Origin: Haplodiscus bocki | Lineage: Eukaryota | Assembly: GCA_965655095.1 (NCBI GenBank) | Contig: OZ296654.1 | Location: 26,846,001-26,910,000 of the forward strand | Length of the DNA stretch: 64,000 bases | Direction of reading: 5' to 3' | Part shown: positions 1 to 13,181 of the stretch, one piece after another | How the letters are laid out: every line of letters starts with the position of its first letter | Position numbering within the stretch: the stretch's first letter is position 1 | Position numbers and translations under genes: made by a program | Notes under the pieces: model-generated | The model's input: the letters and a program-made list of their open reading frames with translations, nothing else | What the model was told of the DNA's origin: nothing | Databases searched by the model: none

Positions 1-1771
1 TGTAGGTTTTTTTCACCACTCCTAGACTTCTGCTTTCTCATAGGTCAAATAACTGTCGAGCGTACCTCATGTATGCACACTACCAAATATACATTGTTTG
101 TTATACCGACATACTAAACTTCATACTTCTGTTCTTCATTGATCCATACAAATCCAAGAGCCTTATGGTTAATATATGTACGCAAAGCATCAAAGTTGAC
201 CCTCTACAACCTATGAGGCATGTGCATGAGCGCACTAAAAACAACAACAATTGTTCATCTTTTGGCTCGAAATTGTTTCTAACGATAACAGTGTTGTTCA
301 TACTTTTTCTGACCAAAGTTTGAACTCCACGCTCTGTGAGCTGTACGTTTTTATTCTGGTGTTGCACTTTGGTCAAAAAACGATTAGAAGTACTCCCTGC
401 TATGTCACGTTTATGCTCCGCAGTTTATATAATTTTTGAGGGGCTTCCAGTTTGCCTGAATTTTTACCTCGAATCGAAATGGAGAGATTAGACAGTTCAA
501 TAATGAACCAACTATATAGACGACAATTTGAACACAGACCGCAATCAGTTTTCAGATGAACTTTCAACTTCCCTTAGACGCCTATTTCTTACACAATTAC
601 TACAAGGTATGCAGCAATGAGGAAGTTAACATTATCGGGTTTCTCTTCGGACCAGACTTATTTGCAGAATTTACTCTGCAGATTGAAACTTGGATATAAT
701 TTTATATAGCATCTGTTTCCACAGCTTAAAATTCCACCAGATAATAAAGTTCCATGTATATTTTATATTAAGTAATTGGAAACACACGGTATAAATAACG
801 CAGCAATGGTAAAACTGCATACTTTTGCGACGACCGTTTTGTGACAATTCCGCTGAAATGAAAATCTTATTTCAAAACTCTGTCACTTTTCAAAACTTAT
901 GTTGGATCACAGGAGTAGTTTTTTTGTTTGAAATAACATTAGTTTTACATGATTTGAATGTGAGTAACTGTATATTGGAAGAGTTAAAACGCAGTTTATT
1001 TGTACAGCATACCATCAGCTAATTTCAGTAAGTTCTTCATGCAGAGGGCTGGAAGGTCTTTTTAGACTCGTACAATATGTTTCAATCAAGAGCAAAAAGG
1101 TCAGGTATGGTGTGCTAATTTTTGTTTGGCAGACCATTGAGGTAATGAGTAAACAGGGAAGGCTAAGTTTCGACCCTTATGGAATCCCCCTCCTGCGCAT
1201 TCAAGAGCAGCACAAGGAGAGAGTATATCCCCAATTCATGCACTGTGAAATCGAATGAAGACATGTCAGCTGAACCACTAAAGTGCAACACCTCTAATGC
1301 CGTATCGTTCCGATTTCATCAGTAGGCAGTCGTGCTGTATTGTTTCACACACCTTCTTATCCCATGACACTGTAAACGAGGGGTACAGGATCCAGCTTAT
1401 AATTGACCTAAACTTTGGAGTTTTCCCCACAATGCTGTACGTTTTCTTCGCCCTTTCTAGACTTCTGCTTTCTTACAGATCATATAACTTTTGAGCCTAG
1501 CTCTTTTATGCAGACTACTAAATATACATCGTTTGTTATACAGATATGCTATACTTTATAGTTCTTTATTTCTTTGATCCATACAAACCCAAGATCATTA
1601 TGTTCAAAATACGTTAGCAAAGCATCAAAATAGACCCTCCTCAGCCTCAGCGGCATGTCCATGAGAGCGCTAAAAACAAAGTTCATTCCAATTTTGGCTC
1701 GAAAAAAATTTAAAGATAAGAGTCGTTCAAATTTTTTCGGACCAAAGTTTGACTTCCACGCTGTGTTAGCT

Positions 1772-2250
1772 TTACGTTTTATTCTGGTATTGCGCATTGA
1801 TCTCATAAAAAAGGCTTGAATTTACTGCCTGGTAAGTCACAAATACTCTCTGCAATTTATATGTTTTTTGATAGGCTTGGAATTTGCCTGAATTTTTATC
1901 TCGAAAAGAAATAGAGAGAATAGACAGTTCAATATTGAACAAACTATTTAGACGAGAATTTGAATACAGCCCGCAATCAGTTTTCAGATGAAATTTCAGT
2001 TTCCTTGAGACGCCTTTTTCATACACAATAAATACAATGTATGCTGCAATAAGGAAGTTAACAGTATCAGGGTTCTCTTCGGAACAAACTTTTTGCAGAG
2101 TTTTCTCGGTGGATTGAAAATTGGAAATGGTTTTTTATAGGAACAGTTTCCACAGCTCAATACTCCGTCAGATCTAATGTTTATATGTATGTTTTTCATT
2201 AAGTATTTAAAAACCCTCGGTATACGTATTGACGCAATGGGAAGGTTCAT
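1772..2250 (-). pseudogene. Post-RT (thumb/C-terminal) part of the LINE ORF2 within the monomer (example copy)
   Basis: Fragments FKYL..., KKFVPKRTLILLTSLLQHTLYLLC and KFQAYQK resemble the LINE ORF2 C-terminal motifs KYLG, R..VP...L..LY.SL....L.YC and KLQ.LQK. They lie in the expected order downstream of the RT core but are frameshifted. Confidence 0.6.
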
Positions 2251-5200
2251 ATATTTGTGGCGCGACAGATTTGTGACAAAATCGGTAAATGAAAATCAAA
2301 TTTCAAAAAACTGTCACCATTCAAACCATAAATGTTGAGTCTTTTGGACACCAGGAAGTAATTTTTTGTCAAAAAAAACACTAGTTTAACTTAATTTCAA
2401 GCTGAATGACTGTATCTTGGAAGAGTTGAAACGCAGTTTTTGTTCACCGCATACACCGAGATAATTTCAGAGAGTTATTCATCTAGAGAGCAGGAAGAAT
2501 TTTTAGACTCGTAAAATATGTTATTGTAATGTGCAAAAAGGCCAGGTATGATTTGTTGACTTTTGTTTGGCAGATCAACAATGTACAGATTAAAGAACAA
2601 AGATCCAAGCAATGACCCTTGAAGAACCCTGCATACAAAAGCAGGCCAACAGGGGAATGTATCCCCAATTTATACACTGTGAAACCAGTTGGAGAGTTGT
2701 GAGCGGAGCTTCTCAAGGGCAATACAACTAATGCCGTATTGTTCTGGTTTCCTCAGTAGTCGTTCGGTTTCCATTGTGTCACACATCTTACTATTCAATG
2801 ACACTGTAAATGAGGGGTACAGGATTCAGCATACAAACGACCTGAACCTTGAAATTTGCTCCATGGCGCTGTAGGTTTTTCTCACCTTTCCTAGACTTCT
2901 CGGTGATCACACAAGTTTGAGCCTAGTTTTTATAAGCAGATTTTCAAAAATACATTTTTTGTTATACCGATATACTACATTTGTACTTAATTTTTTTGAT
3001 CCATACAAAGACAAGATCCTTATGATTAAAAAACGTAAGCAAAGCATCGAAGTGGACCTTCCAAAGCCTAGGCGGCCTGTCCTTGAGCGCTCTAAAACCA
3101 GCAACAATTAATCCACTTTTGGCTTGAAAAAAAATTAAAGATAAGAGTTGTTCATATTTTTTCTGACCAAAGTTTGACTTCCACGCTGTGTTAGCTTTAC
3201 CTCTTTTTCTGGTATTGCTCATTGATCTCAAAAAAAGAATTAAAAGTACTCCTTGTTATGTCACGAAAATTGTCTTCAAGTTATATGTTTTTTGAAGGGC
3301 TTGCAGTTTGCCTGAATTTTTACCTCGAAAAAAAATAGAGAGATTAGACAGTTCAAAAATGAACAAAGTATTTAGACGACAATTTGAATACAGCCAGCAA
3401 TCAGTTTTCAGATGAAATTTCAATCTCCTTTAAAGGACTATATCATACACAGTAAATACAATGCATGCTGCAGTAAGGAAGTTAACATTATCAGGGCTCC
3501 CTTCGGAACAAATTTTTTGCAGGAATTTCTCTGCAGAATGAAAACTGCATACTGTTTTCTGTAGGAAGTAAGTCCATAGCTTAAAAGTCCAACAGATCTA
3601 AAATTTCCATGTGTGGTTTTTTTTAAATCTTTAAAAACGCACGGTATACTTATTGCAGCAGTGGGAAAACTGCATTCTTTGCGGCGACTGTTTTGTGACA
3701 ATTCCGCTGAAATGAAAATCTTATTTCAAAACACTGTTACTTTTCAAAACCCGTTTTGGATCACAGGAGTAGTTTGTTGTTTGAAATAACATTATTTTTA
3801 CATGATTTGAATGTAAGTAACTGTATATTGGAAGAGTTGAAACGCAGTTTATGTGTACAGTATACCATCAGCTAATTTCAGTAAGTTCTTCATGCAGAGG
3901 GCTGGAAGGTCTATTTAGACTCGTACAATATGTTTCAATCATGAGCAAAAAGGTCAGGTATGGTGTGCTAATTTTTGTTTGGCAGACCATTGAGGTAATG
4001 AGTAAACAGGGAAGGCTAAGTTTCGACCCTTATGGAATCCCCCTCCTGCGCATTCAAGAGCAGCACAAGGAGAGAGTATATCCCCAATTCATGCACTGTG
4101 AAATCGAATGAAGACATGTCAGCTGAACCACTAAAGTGCAACACCTCTAATGCCGTATCGTTCCGATTTCATCAGTAGGCAGTCGTGCTGTATTGTTTCA
4201 CACACCTTCTTATCCCATGACACTGTAAACGAGGGGTACAGGATCCAGCTTATAATTGACCTAAACTTTGGAGTTTTCCCCACAATGCTGTACGTTTTCT
4301 TCGCCCTTTCTAGACTTCTGCTTTCTCACAGATCATATAACTTTTGAGCCTAGCTCTTTTATGCAGACTACTAAATATACATCGTTTGTTACACAGATAT
4401 GCTATACTTTATAGTTCTTTATTTCTTTGATCCATACAAACCCAAGATCATTATGTTCAAAATACATTAGCAAAGCATCAAAATAGACCCTCCTCAGCCT
4501 CAGCGGCATGTCCATGAGAGCGCTAAAAACAACAAAGTTCGTTCCAATTTTGGCTCGAAAAAAATTTAAAGATAAGAGTTGTTCAAATTTTTTCTGACCA
4601 AAGTTTGACTTCCACGCTGTGTTAGCTTTACCTCTTTTTCTGGTATTGCTCATTGATCTCAAAAAAAGGATTAAAAGTACTTCTTGTTATGTCATGAAAA
4701 TTGTCTTCAAGTTATATGTTTTTTGAAGGGCTTGCAGTTTGCCTGAATTTTTACCTCGAAAAAAAATGGAGAGATTAGACAGTTTAAAAATGAACAAAGT
4801 ATTTAGACGACAATTTGAATACAGCCAGCAATCAGTTTTCATATGAAATTTCAATCTCCTTTAAAGGACTATATCATACACAGTAAGTACAATGCATGCT
4901 GCAGTAAGGAAGTTAACATTATCAGGGCTCCCTTCGGAACAAATTTTTTGCAGGAATTTCTCTGCAGAATGAAAACTGCATACTGTTTTCTGTAGGAAGT
5001 AAGTCCATAGCTTAAAAGTCCAACAGATCTAAAATTTCTATGTGTGGTTTTTTTTAAATCTTTAAAAACGCACGGTATACTTATTGCAGCAGTGGGAGAA
5101 CTGCATTCTTTGCGGCGAAAGTTTTGTGATAATTCCGCTGAAATTAAAATCTTATTTCAAAACTCTGTCACTTTTCAAAACCCGTTTTGGATCACAGGAG

Positions 5201-6828
5201 TAGTTTTTTGTTTGAAATAACATTATTTTTACATGATTTGAATGTAAGTAACTGTATATTGGAAGAGCTGAAACGCAGTTTATGTGTACATCACACCATG
5301 AGCTAATTTCAGTAATTTCCTCATCCAGAGATCAGGAAATTCTTTTCAGACTCGTACAAGATGTCTCAATCATGTGCAAAAAGTCAGGTATGATGTGTTG
5401 ACTTTTGTTTAGCCGATCATTAGGGTATAGAACAAACAAAAAAGTACTAGGCTTTGACCCTTGTGGAACCCACTCCCCCGCATACAATGGCAAATGGCAG
5501 CGCAACAAGAGAATGTATCCCCATTTTTTCATTGTGAAAACGGTTGAAATGATGTGAGCGGAACCAGTCAGGGGCAACATTTTTGTGGCCGTATTGTTCT
5601 GATTTCATCAGTAGTTGGTCGTGGTCAATCGTTTCACACACCTTCTTATCCCATGACACTGTAAATGAGGAGTACAGCATTCAGCGTACAAACGACCTCA
5701 ACTTTAAAGTTTTCTCCACGATGTCCTAGGTTTTTCTCATCTTTCCTAGACTTCTGCTTTCTTACAGATTTCCTAACTTTTGAGCCTAGCTCTTCTATGC
5801 AGATTTTCAACTAAACATTGCTGTTATATCCATATACTATACTTCCTGATTTCTTTGATCCTCAAATGTCAAGATCCTTATGGTTAATATACGTAAGAAA
5901 AGCATCAAATTGGACCATCCAAAACTAAGCGGCCTGTCCATGAGCGCCGTAAGACAACAACAATTGTTGAAGTTCTGGCTTGAGAATGTTTCTTTTTCGA
6001 TTACAGAGTTGTCCAGAGTTTTTCTCACCAAAGTTTGAACTCCACGCTCCGTTAGCTATAAGTTTTTTTGTGGTATTGCGCATTGGTCTGGAAAAAAACA
6101 AACATTCTCCCTAGTAAGTCACGTTTTTTCTCCGCAAATTGTTTGTGATTTGAACGGCTTCCCGTCTGGCTGAAACTAAATCCCAAGTAGAAATAGAGAT
6201 ATTTGAAGCTTCAATAGTGAACAGACTATTTAGAGGACAATTTGAATACAGCCCACAATCAGTTTCCGGAATAAATGTCAAAACTCCTCAGACGTTATTT
6301 TCATACACAGTAAGTACAAAACATGCTGGAAAAAAGAAGTTAACATTATCAGGGTTCTCTTCGGAACAAACTTTTGGCAGAATGTTTGTCTGTAGATTCA
6401 AAGTTGGATACAGCTTTCGTAGGAAGTGTTTCCATAGATTGAAAATCCTTCTGATTTAAAAGTTCTATGTACGTTTTAAATTAAGTAATTAGAAATGCAC
6501 GGTATACATATTGCAGCAGTGGGATAACTGCATTTTTTTGCGCCGATAGTTTTGTGACAAATTCGCTGAAATGAAAATCTGATTTCGAAACTCTGTCATT
6601 TATCAAACTATAATGTTGACCTTTTTGGATCCCGAGAGTTGTTTTTTGTCTAAATCTACGTTAGTTTTTGAAGATTTGAATGTGACTAACTGTTTCTTGA
6701 AAGATTTTTATGTGTACATCAAACCACGTGCTAATTTCAGTAGGTTCCTCATCCAGAGAGCAGAGAAATTTTTAAGACTCGTACAATAAAGAAGTATCAT
6801 GTGCAAAAAAGTCAGGTATGAAGTCTCG

Positions 6829-7820
6829 TTCAAACCTCCATCACTTTTTAAACCTTAGCTTTTGATTTTTTTGGAACCCGGGAGTAGTTTTTTGTCCAAA
6901 ACAACAATTGTTTTACATGATATGGTTAAAAGGGCACAAAGAGTTTTGTGCAATAGGTTAGTACCAAGTGCAAAAACGTCAAGTAAGATGTGCTGAGTGT
7001 TTTCGGCAGATCATTAAGCTTTTGAGTAAACAAGAAAGGACTGATTTTCGACCATTAGGGAAACCGCCCAAATCCCCGCGCTTAAAGTGGAAGTTCAACA
7101 CGAAAACAAACTTCTCGCAGAATCTTTCTCTGCAGTTTGAAATTTGGATACATTTTAAGGTGGAGTTGCATCCATAATTTTAAAATACGTCAGATGTAGA
7201 GATCTCAATGTATGTTTTGTAGTAAGTATTTGAAAACGACCGGTATACGTTTTGACGCATTGGAAAAACTGCTCATATTTATTGCGAAAGTTCTGTGAAA
7301 CTTTTGCTCAATTGAAAAACAATTTTCAAACCTCCATCAATTTTTAAACCTTAGCTTTTGATTTTTTTGGAACCCGGGAGTAGTTTTTTGTCTAAAACAA
7401 CAATTGTTTTACATGATATGGTTAAAAAGGCACAAGGAATCTTGTACAATAGCTTAGTACCAAGTGCAAAAACGTCAAGTAAGATGTGCTGAATGTTTTT
7501 GGCAGATCAATAAGCTTTTGAGTAAACAACAAAGGACTGATTTTCGACCGTTAGGGAAACCGCCCAAATCCCCGCGCTTAAAGTGGAAGCTCAACACGAG
7601 AACAAACTTCTCGCAGAATCTTTCTCTGCAGTTTGAAATTTGGATACATTTTAAGGTGGAGTTGCATCCATAATTTTAAAATACGTCAGATGTAGGGATC
7701 TCAATGTATGTTTTGTAGTAGGTATTTGAAAACGACCGGTATACGTTTTGACGCATTGGAAAAACTGCTCATATTTATTGCGACAGTTCTGTGAAAGTTT
7801 GATTCAATTGACAATCAACT
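6829..7820. repeat. Two tandem 496-bp internally deleted monomer derivatives
   Basis: ttcaaacctccatca starts at 6829 and 7325. Near-identical ORFs at 6968 and 7464 are offset by 496. Each copy has the junction gaag(t/c)tcaacacga(a/g)aacaaacttctcgcag, which skips roughly 850 bp of the monomer. Confidence 0.9.
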
Positions 7821-9266
7821 TTCAAACTCCTATCACTATTCAGACCTTAGTTTTTGAACTTTCTGGAACCCGGGAGTAGTTTTCCATCTATACTAACATT
7901 TGGTTTACATGATGTGAATGTGAAAGCACAAAGAATTTTTAAACTAACAAAATAAGTTAGTAGCATGTGAAAAATTTCAAAAATGATGCGTTGACTTTTG
8001 TTTGGCAGATCATTAGTGTATAGAATCGACAACAAAGGACTAGGTTTTGACCGTTGTGCCCCCCCCCCCCCCGCGTACAATAGCAGACCAACAGGAAAAT
8101 GTATCCCCAAATTTTACACTGTGAAACCGGTTGAAAAGATGTGATTGGATACACTCAAAGGCAGCACCTCTAAAGCCGTATTGTTCTGATTTCTTCAGTG
8201 GTAGGTCGTGGTTTATTGTTTCACACACCTTCTTATCCCATGACAATGTAAACGAGGGCTACAACATTCAGCATACAAAGGATCTGAACTTTGAAGTTTT
8301 CTCCACGATGCCTTGGGTTTTTCTCACATTTGCTAGGCTTCTGCTTTCTTACAGATCATATACCTTTTGAGCTTGGCTCTTCTATGCAGATTACCAACTA
8401 TACGTTGTTTGTTATACCGTTATAATATACATTGTACGTCATTATTGCTTTGATCCTGACCATTACAAGATCCTTATGATTGAAATACAAAAGCAATGCA
8501 CCAAATTGGGCCCTCCGATGCCTAAGGGGCCTGTCCATGAGCTCCCTAAAAACAACAACAATGGTTGGAGTTCTGGCTTGGAAAAATGTTTACCGATCAC
8601 AGAATTGTCCATAGTTTTTCTGACCAAAGTTTGAACTCCACGCTCTGTTAGCTATATGTTCTTTTCTGGTAAAGCGCATTGGTCTAAAAAAGGAATAAAA
8701 GTACTCCCTGGTTTGTCACAAATATTCCCTGCGATTTATTTGTTGTTTGAAAGGCTTCCATTCTGGCTGATACTATGTTCCGTGTAGAAATAGAGAGACT
8801 TGAAGCTCCAATAATGAACAAACTTTTAAAAGGACCATTTGAATACAGCCCATTGTCACTTTTCAGAACCAATTTCAAAAAACCCTGGACGCTTTTTCCA
8901 TTAACGGTAAGTACGATATATGTTGCAAGAATGTAGTTAACTTCATCAGTTTTCTTTTCCGAACAAACTTTTAGCAGAACGTTTCTCTGCAGGTTGAGAA
9001 TTGAGAACAATTTTTGGCAGTAAGTCTCTCCATGGTTTGAAATTCTGTTTGATATCGAGAGTTCTATGTATGTTTTCTGGTAAGTAATTAAAAACGCATC
9101 GTCTGCGCATTGATGCATTGGGAAAAGTGCATGTTTTTGTGTCGACAGTTTTGTGACGTTTTCCCTGAATTAAAAATCAAATTCCAGAACTCTGTCACTA
9201 TTCAACCCTTATATTTTAACCTTTCTGGATCCAAGCAGAAGTTTTTTGTACAAAAAAACAACAGTT

Positions 9267-9690
9267 TCACATAATTTGAATGTCACTAACTGTATTTTGT
9301 AACAGTTGAAACGCACCTTTTGTATACAGCATACCACGAGCAAGTTCAGTAATTTCATCTTCCAGAGAGCAGGAAGAATCTTTACACTCGTACAAAAAGT
9401 TAGTATCATGTGCAAAAAAGTCAGGTATGATGTGTTGGTTTTTGGTTGGTAGATCACTATTGTAAAGATTAAACAACAAAGGAAAAAGTATTGACCCTTG
9501 AGGAACCCCGCAAACAACAACAGCCCAACGGGAAAGGGAATCACTAAGTTTTACACTGCGAAACCGGTTGGAGAAATATGAGTGGAGCCACTCAAGGCCA
9601 AAACCTCTAATGCCTTATTGTTCTGATTTCATCAATATTCGTTGGTGTTCCTTTGTATCACACAACCTACTAATCAATAACACTGTAAAG
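9267..9690 (-). pseudogene. Best-preserved RT-core reading frame in a long-form monomer (non-LTR RT, CR1/Crack/Daphne-like)
   Basis: One minus-strand frame with a single stop: FTVLLISRLCDTKEHQRILMKSEQ*GIRGFGLEWLHSYFSNRFRSVKLSDSLSRWAVVVCGVPQGSILFPLLFNLYNSDLPTKNQHIIPDFFAHDTNFLYECK. This matches the canonical LINE RT string D..KAFDT.DH..LL.KL..YGIRG..L.WF.SYLSNR...GVPQGS.LGPLLF..YINDLP...FADDT. Confidence 0.93.
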
Positions 9691-11008
9691 GAGGGGTACA
9701 GGATTCACCATGCAAACGACCTGAACTTTGAAGTTTTCTCCCGAATGCCGTGTGTTTTTTTCAACTTTCCTAGTTTTCTGCTTTCTCAGAGATCAACCAA
9801 ACTTGAGCCTAGTTCTTATATGCAGATTAACAAATAAACATTCTTTGTTATACCTTTATACTATACTTTATACCTCACTATTTCTTTAATCCGTACACAG
9901 CCAAGAACTGTATGACTATTAAACGTAACCATAGCTTCAAGGTTGTCCCCCATGGCCTAAGCGGCCTATCCATGAGCGCCTTGAAAACAACAACAATTTT
10001 TCAATTTTTGTCTTGAAAAAGTTCTTACAGATAACAGAGTTTCCGATAGATTTTCTGAACAAAGTTTGAACATTACACTCTGTGAGTTTTTTATGCGTTC
10101 TGGTGATGCGTGTTGGTCCAATGGAAAAGTAACAAAAGTACTCTCTGGTATGTCAGAAATATTCTTTACATCTTATTTGGTTCTTCAACAGCCTGCAGTT
10201 TGCCTGAGTTCTTACCCGAGTAGAACTAGAGATATTTGAAGGTTCAATATTGAACAAACTATCCAGATGACATTCTGAAAACAGTTCATAATCAGTTTTC
10301 AGAACAAAATTCAGAAATCCCCAGACGTTATTTTCATACAGTAAATACACAAGAATAAATGTTCAATTTTTGGCTCAAAAATCTTTTTACCGTTAAAACA
10401 GTTCTGCAGTGTTTTTCTGACCAAAGGTTGGACATTACGCTTGGTTAGTTTTTTGTTGCGTTCTGGTATACCACATTGTTCTGCTAAAAAAGGAACAAAA
10501 GTGCTCCCTGGTAAGTCACTAACTTTCTCTGCAACCTATTTGTTTTTTGAAGGGCTCCCAGTTTGCCTGATATTCTACGCCAAGTAGAAGTTGGAAGATT
10601 AGACGGTTCAATAATGAGCAAACTTTTTACACGCAATATGAAAGCGGCTCACAATAAGTTTTCAGATGAAACTTCAAAATTTCTGAGACGCTAGTTTGAT
10701 ACACAATAAGTACAACGTTTATTGCAATAAGGAAGTTAATATTATCAGTTTTCTATCAGGAACAAACTTCTCGCAGAATAATTCTCTGCAGTTTGAAACT
10801 TGGATACAGTTTTTTGAAGAAGTGTTTCCATAGTTTCAAAATGCATCATATATAGAGATGTCAATGTACGTTTTATATTAAGTAATTGGAAACGCCAGGT
10901 AAACATATTCATGCATTGGAAAAAATGCATATACTACATTACATGCAGTTTTGTCACAATTTGGCTAAAGTGAAAATCAATTTTCAAACCTCTATCACTA
11001 TTCAAACC

Positions 11009-11425
11009 TTAATTTATGAACTTTTTGGAAACTGGGAGTAGCTTTACGTCTGAAATAACATTTCTTTCACATGGTTTGAATGTGAAAGCACAAAGAATTA
11101 TTAGACTCGCACAATAGGTTAGTAGCATGTGCAAAAATATCAGGTATGACTCGTTGACTTTCGATCGGCAGATCAAAAATATATAGAAAGAACAACAAAG
11201 GACTAGGTTTTGACCCTTCTCTCCCCCCCTCTGGTACAATAGCAGCACAACAAAAGAATGTATCCCCACTTTTACATTGTGAAAACGGTTGAAATGATGT
11301 GAGCAGAACCACTCATAGGCAACACCTCCATTGCCGTTTTGTCCTGATTTCACCATATGTTGGTCGTCGTCTATTGTTTCACGCACCTTCTTATCCAATA
11401 ACACTGTAAACGAGGTGTACAGCAT
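11009..11425 (-). pseudogene. RT-derived monomer segment (short form)
   Basis: VLLDKKVRETIDDDQHMVKSGQNGNGGVALxWF... plus the overlapping frame EGSKPSPLLFFLYIFDLP...IPDIFAHATNLL; frameshifted at the G tract. Confidence 0.85.
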
Positions 11426-12239
11426 TCAGTAACAAAAACTTTGAACTTTGAAGTTTTCTCCACGATGCCGTACGTTTTCCTCACATGTCCTAGACTTATT
11501 ATTCCTAACAGATCATATAACATTTGACCCTAGCTCTTCTGTGCAGATTACCAACTATATCTTGTTTATAATACCGATAAACTACACCCTTATCTTCATT
11601 ACATCTCTGATCCATACAAATTCAAGATCCTTATGATTCATATACGTGAGCACAGCGTCAAGGTGGACCCGACAAAGACTAAGCCGCCTATCCATGGGCG
11701 CCCTAAAAAGACTGTTCAAGTTTTGTCCCAAAAATTTTTTTACTAACAACACAGTTCCCCAGTGTTTTTCTGATCAAATGTAGAACATTACGCCATGTGA
11801 GTTTTTTGGTTGTGTTGTGGTATTGCAATTTGTTCTAACTAGAAAAGGAACACAATTCCATCTGGTACGTCAGAAATTCTTTTTGCAACTTGTTTGTTGT
11901 TTGCGGTCATTGCAGTCAAATGGGATTTAATCCCGAGTACAGATAAAATATTGAAGGTTTCGTAACAAACAAACTATTTAGACGACAAAATTGAAATTTT
12001 GGCTGAATTGAAAATCAACTTTCAAACCTCTATCACTATTCAAACCTTAGTTTTTGAACTTTCTGGAACGCAGGAGTAGTTTTTCATCTGAACTAACTTT
12101 TGTTTTACATGATGTCAATGTGAAAGCACAAAAAACTAGAAATTGGCACTCGGAGAGCGCAGATCCCGCGAAAGCCCTTGATCTTTCCCTCGCCAGACAA
12201 ACAAACAAACAGACGAACAAACAGACAAACAAAAAATTT

Positions 12240-12313
12240 TGTCCACATAGGGGTTCCAACTCTCGACCCTCGCGTTTTTAGCACGTTGCTCTTACCGACT
12301 GAGCTATAGGGCC
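12240..12313 (-). tRNA. tRNA-Ile-like pseudo-tRNA, anticodon AAA, copy 1 (inside the HINE)
   Basis: GGCCCTATAGCTCAGTCGGTAAGAGCAACGTGCTAAAAACGCGAGGGTCGAGAGTTGGAACCCCTATGTGGACA. A box intact, B box mutated (GTTGGAAC), followed by a T run. Confidence 0.65.
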
Positions 12314-12320
12314 GTACTCA

Positions 12321-12384
12321 TCTGATTACTATTATCAGATTACTATTATCAGATTACTATTATCAGATTACTATTATCAGATTA
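12321..12384. repeat. 14-bp minisatellite (attatcagattact)n used as spacer between tRNA-like copies
   Basis: About 4.5 perfect units here; shorter runs at ~12480-12520, 12764-12813 and 12905-12950. Confidence 0.9.
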
Positions 12385-12395
12385 ACAAAAAATTT

Positions 12396-12469
12396 TGGCC
12401 ACACAGAGGTTCGAACTCTGGACCCTCGCGTTTTTAGCACAATACTCTTACCGACCGAGCTATAGGGCC
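12396..12469 (-). tRNA. tRNA-Ile-like pseudo-tRNA, anticodon AAA, copy 2
   Basis: GGCCCTATAGCTCGGTCGGTAAGAGTATTGTGCTAAAAACGCGAGGGTCCAGAGTTCGAACCTCTGTGTGGCCA. GTTCGAAC B box, GGCC/GGCC acceptor ends and a TTTTTT run just downstream. Confidence 0.7.
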
Positions 12470-12682
12470 GTACTAATCTGAATACTCTTATCAGATTACT
12501 ATTATCAGATTACTATTATCCTGGATCTGATTGAAATCCTGATCCAATCAGTATCTCCAGATAACTGTTATCAGGATCCAACAGGATATCCTGGATCGTA
12601 AGCCAGTCGTTGATATACATTACCTCCTATTTTGAGAAATCTTGCTAACAAACAAACAAACAAACAGACAAACAAAAAATTT

Positions 12683-12756
12683 TGTCCACACAGAGGTTCG
12701 AACTCTCGACCCTCGCGTTTTTAGCACAATGCTCTTACCGATTGAGCTATAGGGCC
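12683..12756 (-). tRNA. tRNA-Ile-like pseudo-tRNA, anticodon AAA, copy 3
   Basis: GGCCCTA TA GCTC AATCGGTAA GAGC A TTGTG CTAAAAA CGCGA GGGTC GAGAG TTCGAAC CTCTG TGTGGAC A folds as a cloverleaf with a few mismatches; a T run follows. Confidence 0.7.
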
Positions 12757-12824
12757 GTACTTATCTGATTACTATTATCACATTACTATTATCAGATTAC
12801 TATTATCAGATTAACAAAAATTTT

Positions 12825-12898
12825 TGGCCACACAGAGGTTCCAACACTCGACCCTCGGGTTTTTAGCACAATGCTCTTACCGACTGAGCTATAGGGCC
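12825..12898 (-). tRNA. tRNA-Ile-like pseudo-tRNA, anticodon AAA, copy 4
   Basis: Same 74-nt body with a mutated B box (GTGTTGGAAC) and anticodon stem. Confidence 0.6.
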
Positions 12899-13136
12899 GT
12901 ACTCATCTGATTACTCTTATCAGATTACTATTATCAGATTACTATTATCCTGGATCTGATTGAAATCCTGATTCAAAATCCGACCAGTAGTTCATGGGAA
13001 ACAGTTATCCGGATCTCAGATCCGGATTTCAATCCGGATCACGCCCAACTTTGAACTCGGTCTTCCTATGATCATTACCTCCCTACTCACCAAATTTCAT
13101 CAAAATCCGACCAGTAGTTTATGACAAAATCCTGCT

Positions 13137-13181
13137 AACAAACAAACAAACAAACAAACAAACAAACAAACAGACAGACAC
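13137..13181. repeat. (AAAC)n/(AGAC)n microsatellite near the 3' end of the HINE
   Basis: aacaaacaaacaaac...cagacagac; similar tracts at 12194-12231 and 12647-12675. Confidence 0.9.

Noticed and set aside
12047-12281. ORFs with FVCLFVCL / QTNKQTNK repeats (also 13119-13523)
   Set aside because: Translation of the (AAAC)n microsatellite of the inserted element.
12240-12950. CRISPR-like repeat-spacer array
   Set aside because: The repeats are 74-nt tRNA-like units and the intervening DNA is itself a 14-bp minisatellite rather than unique spacers. No cas genes are present.
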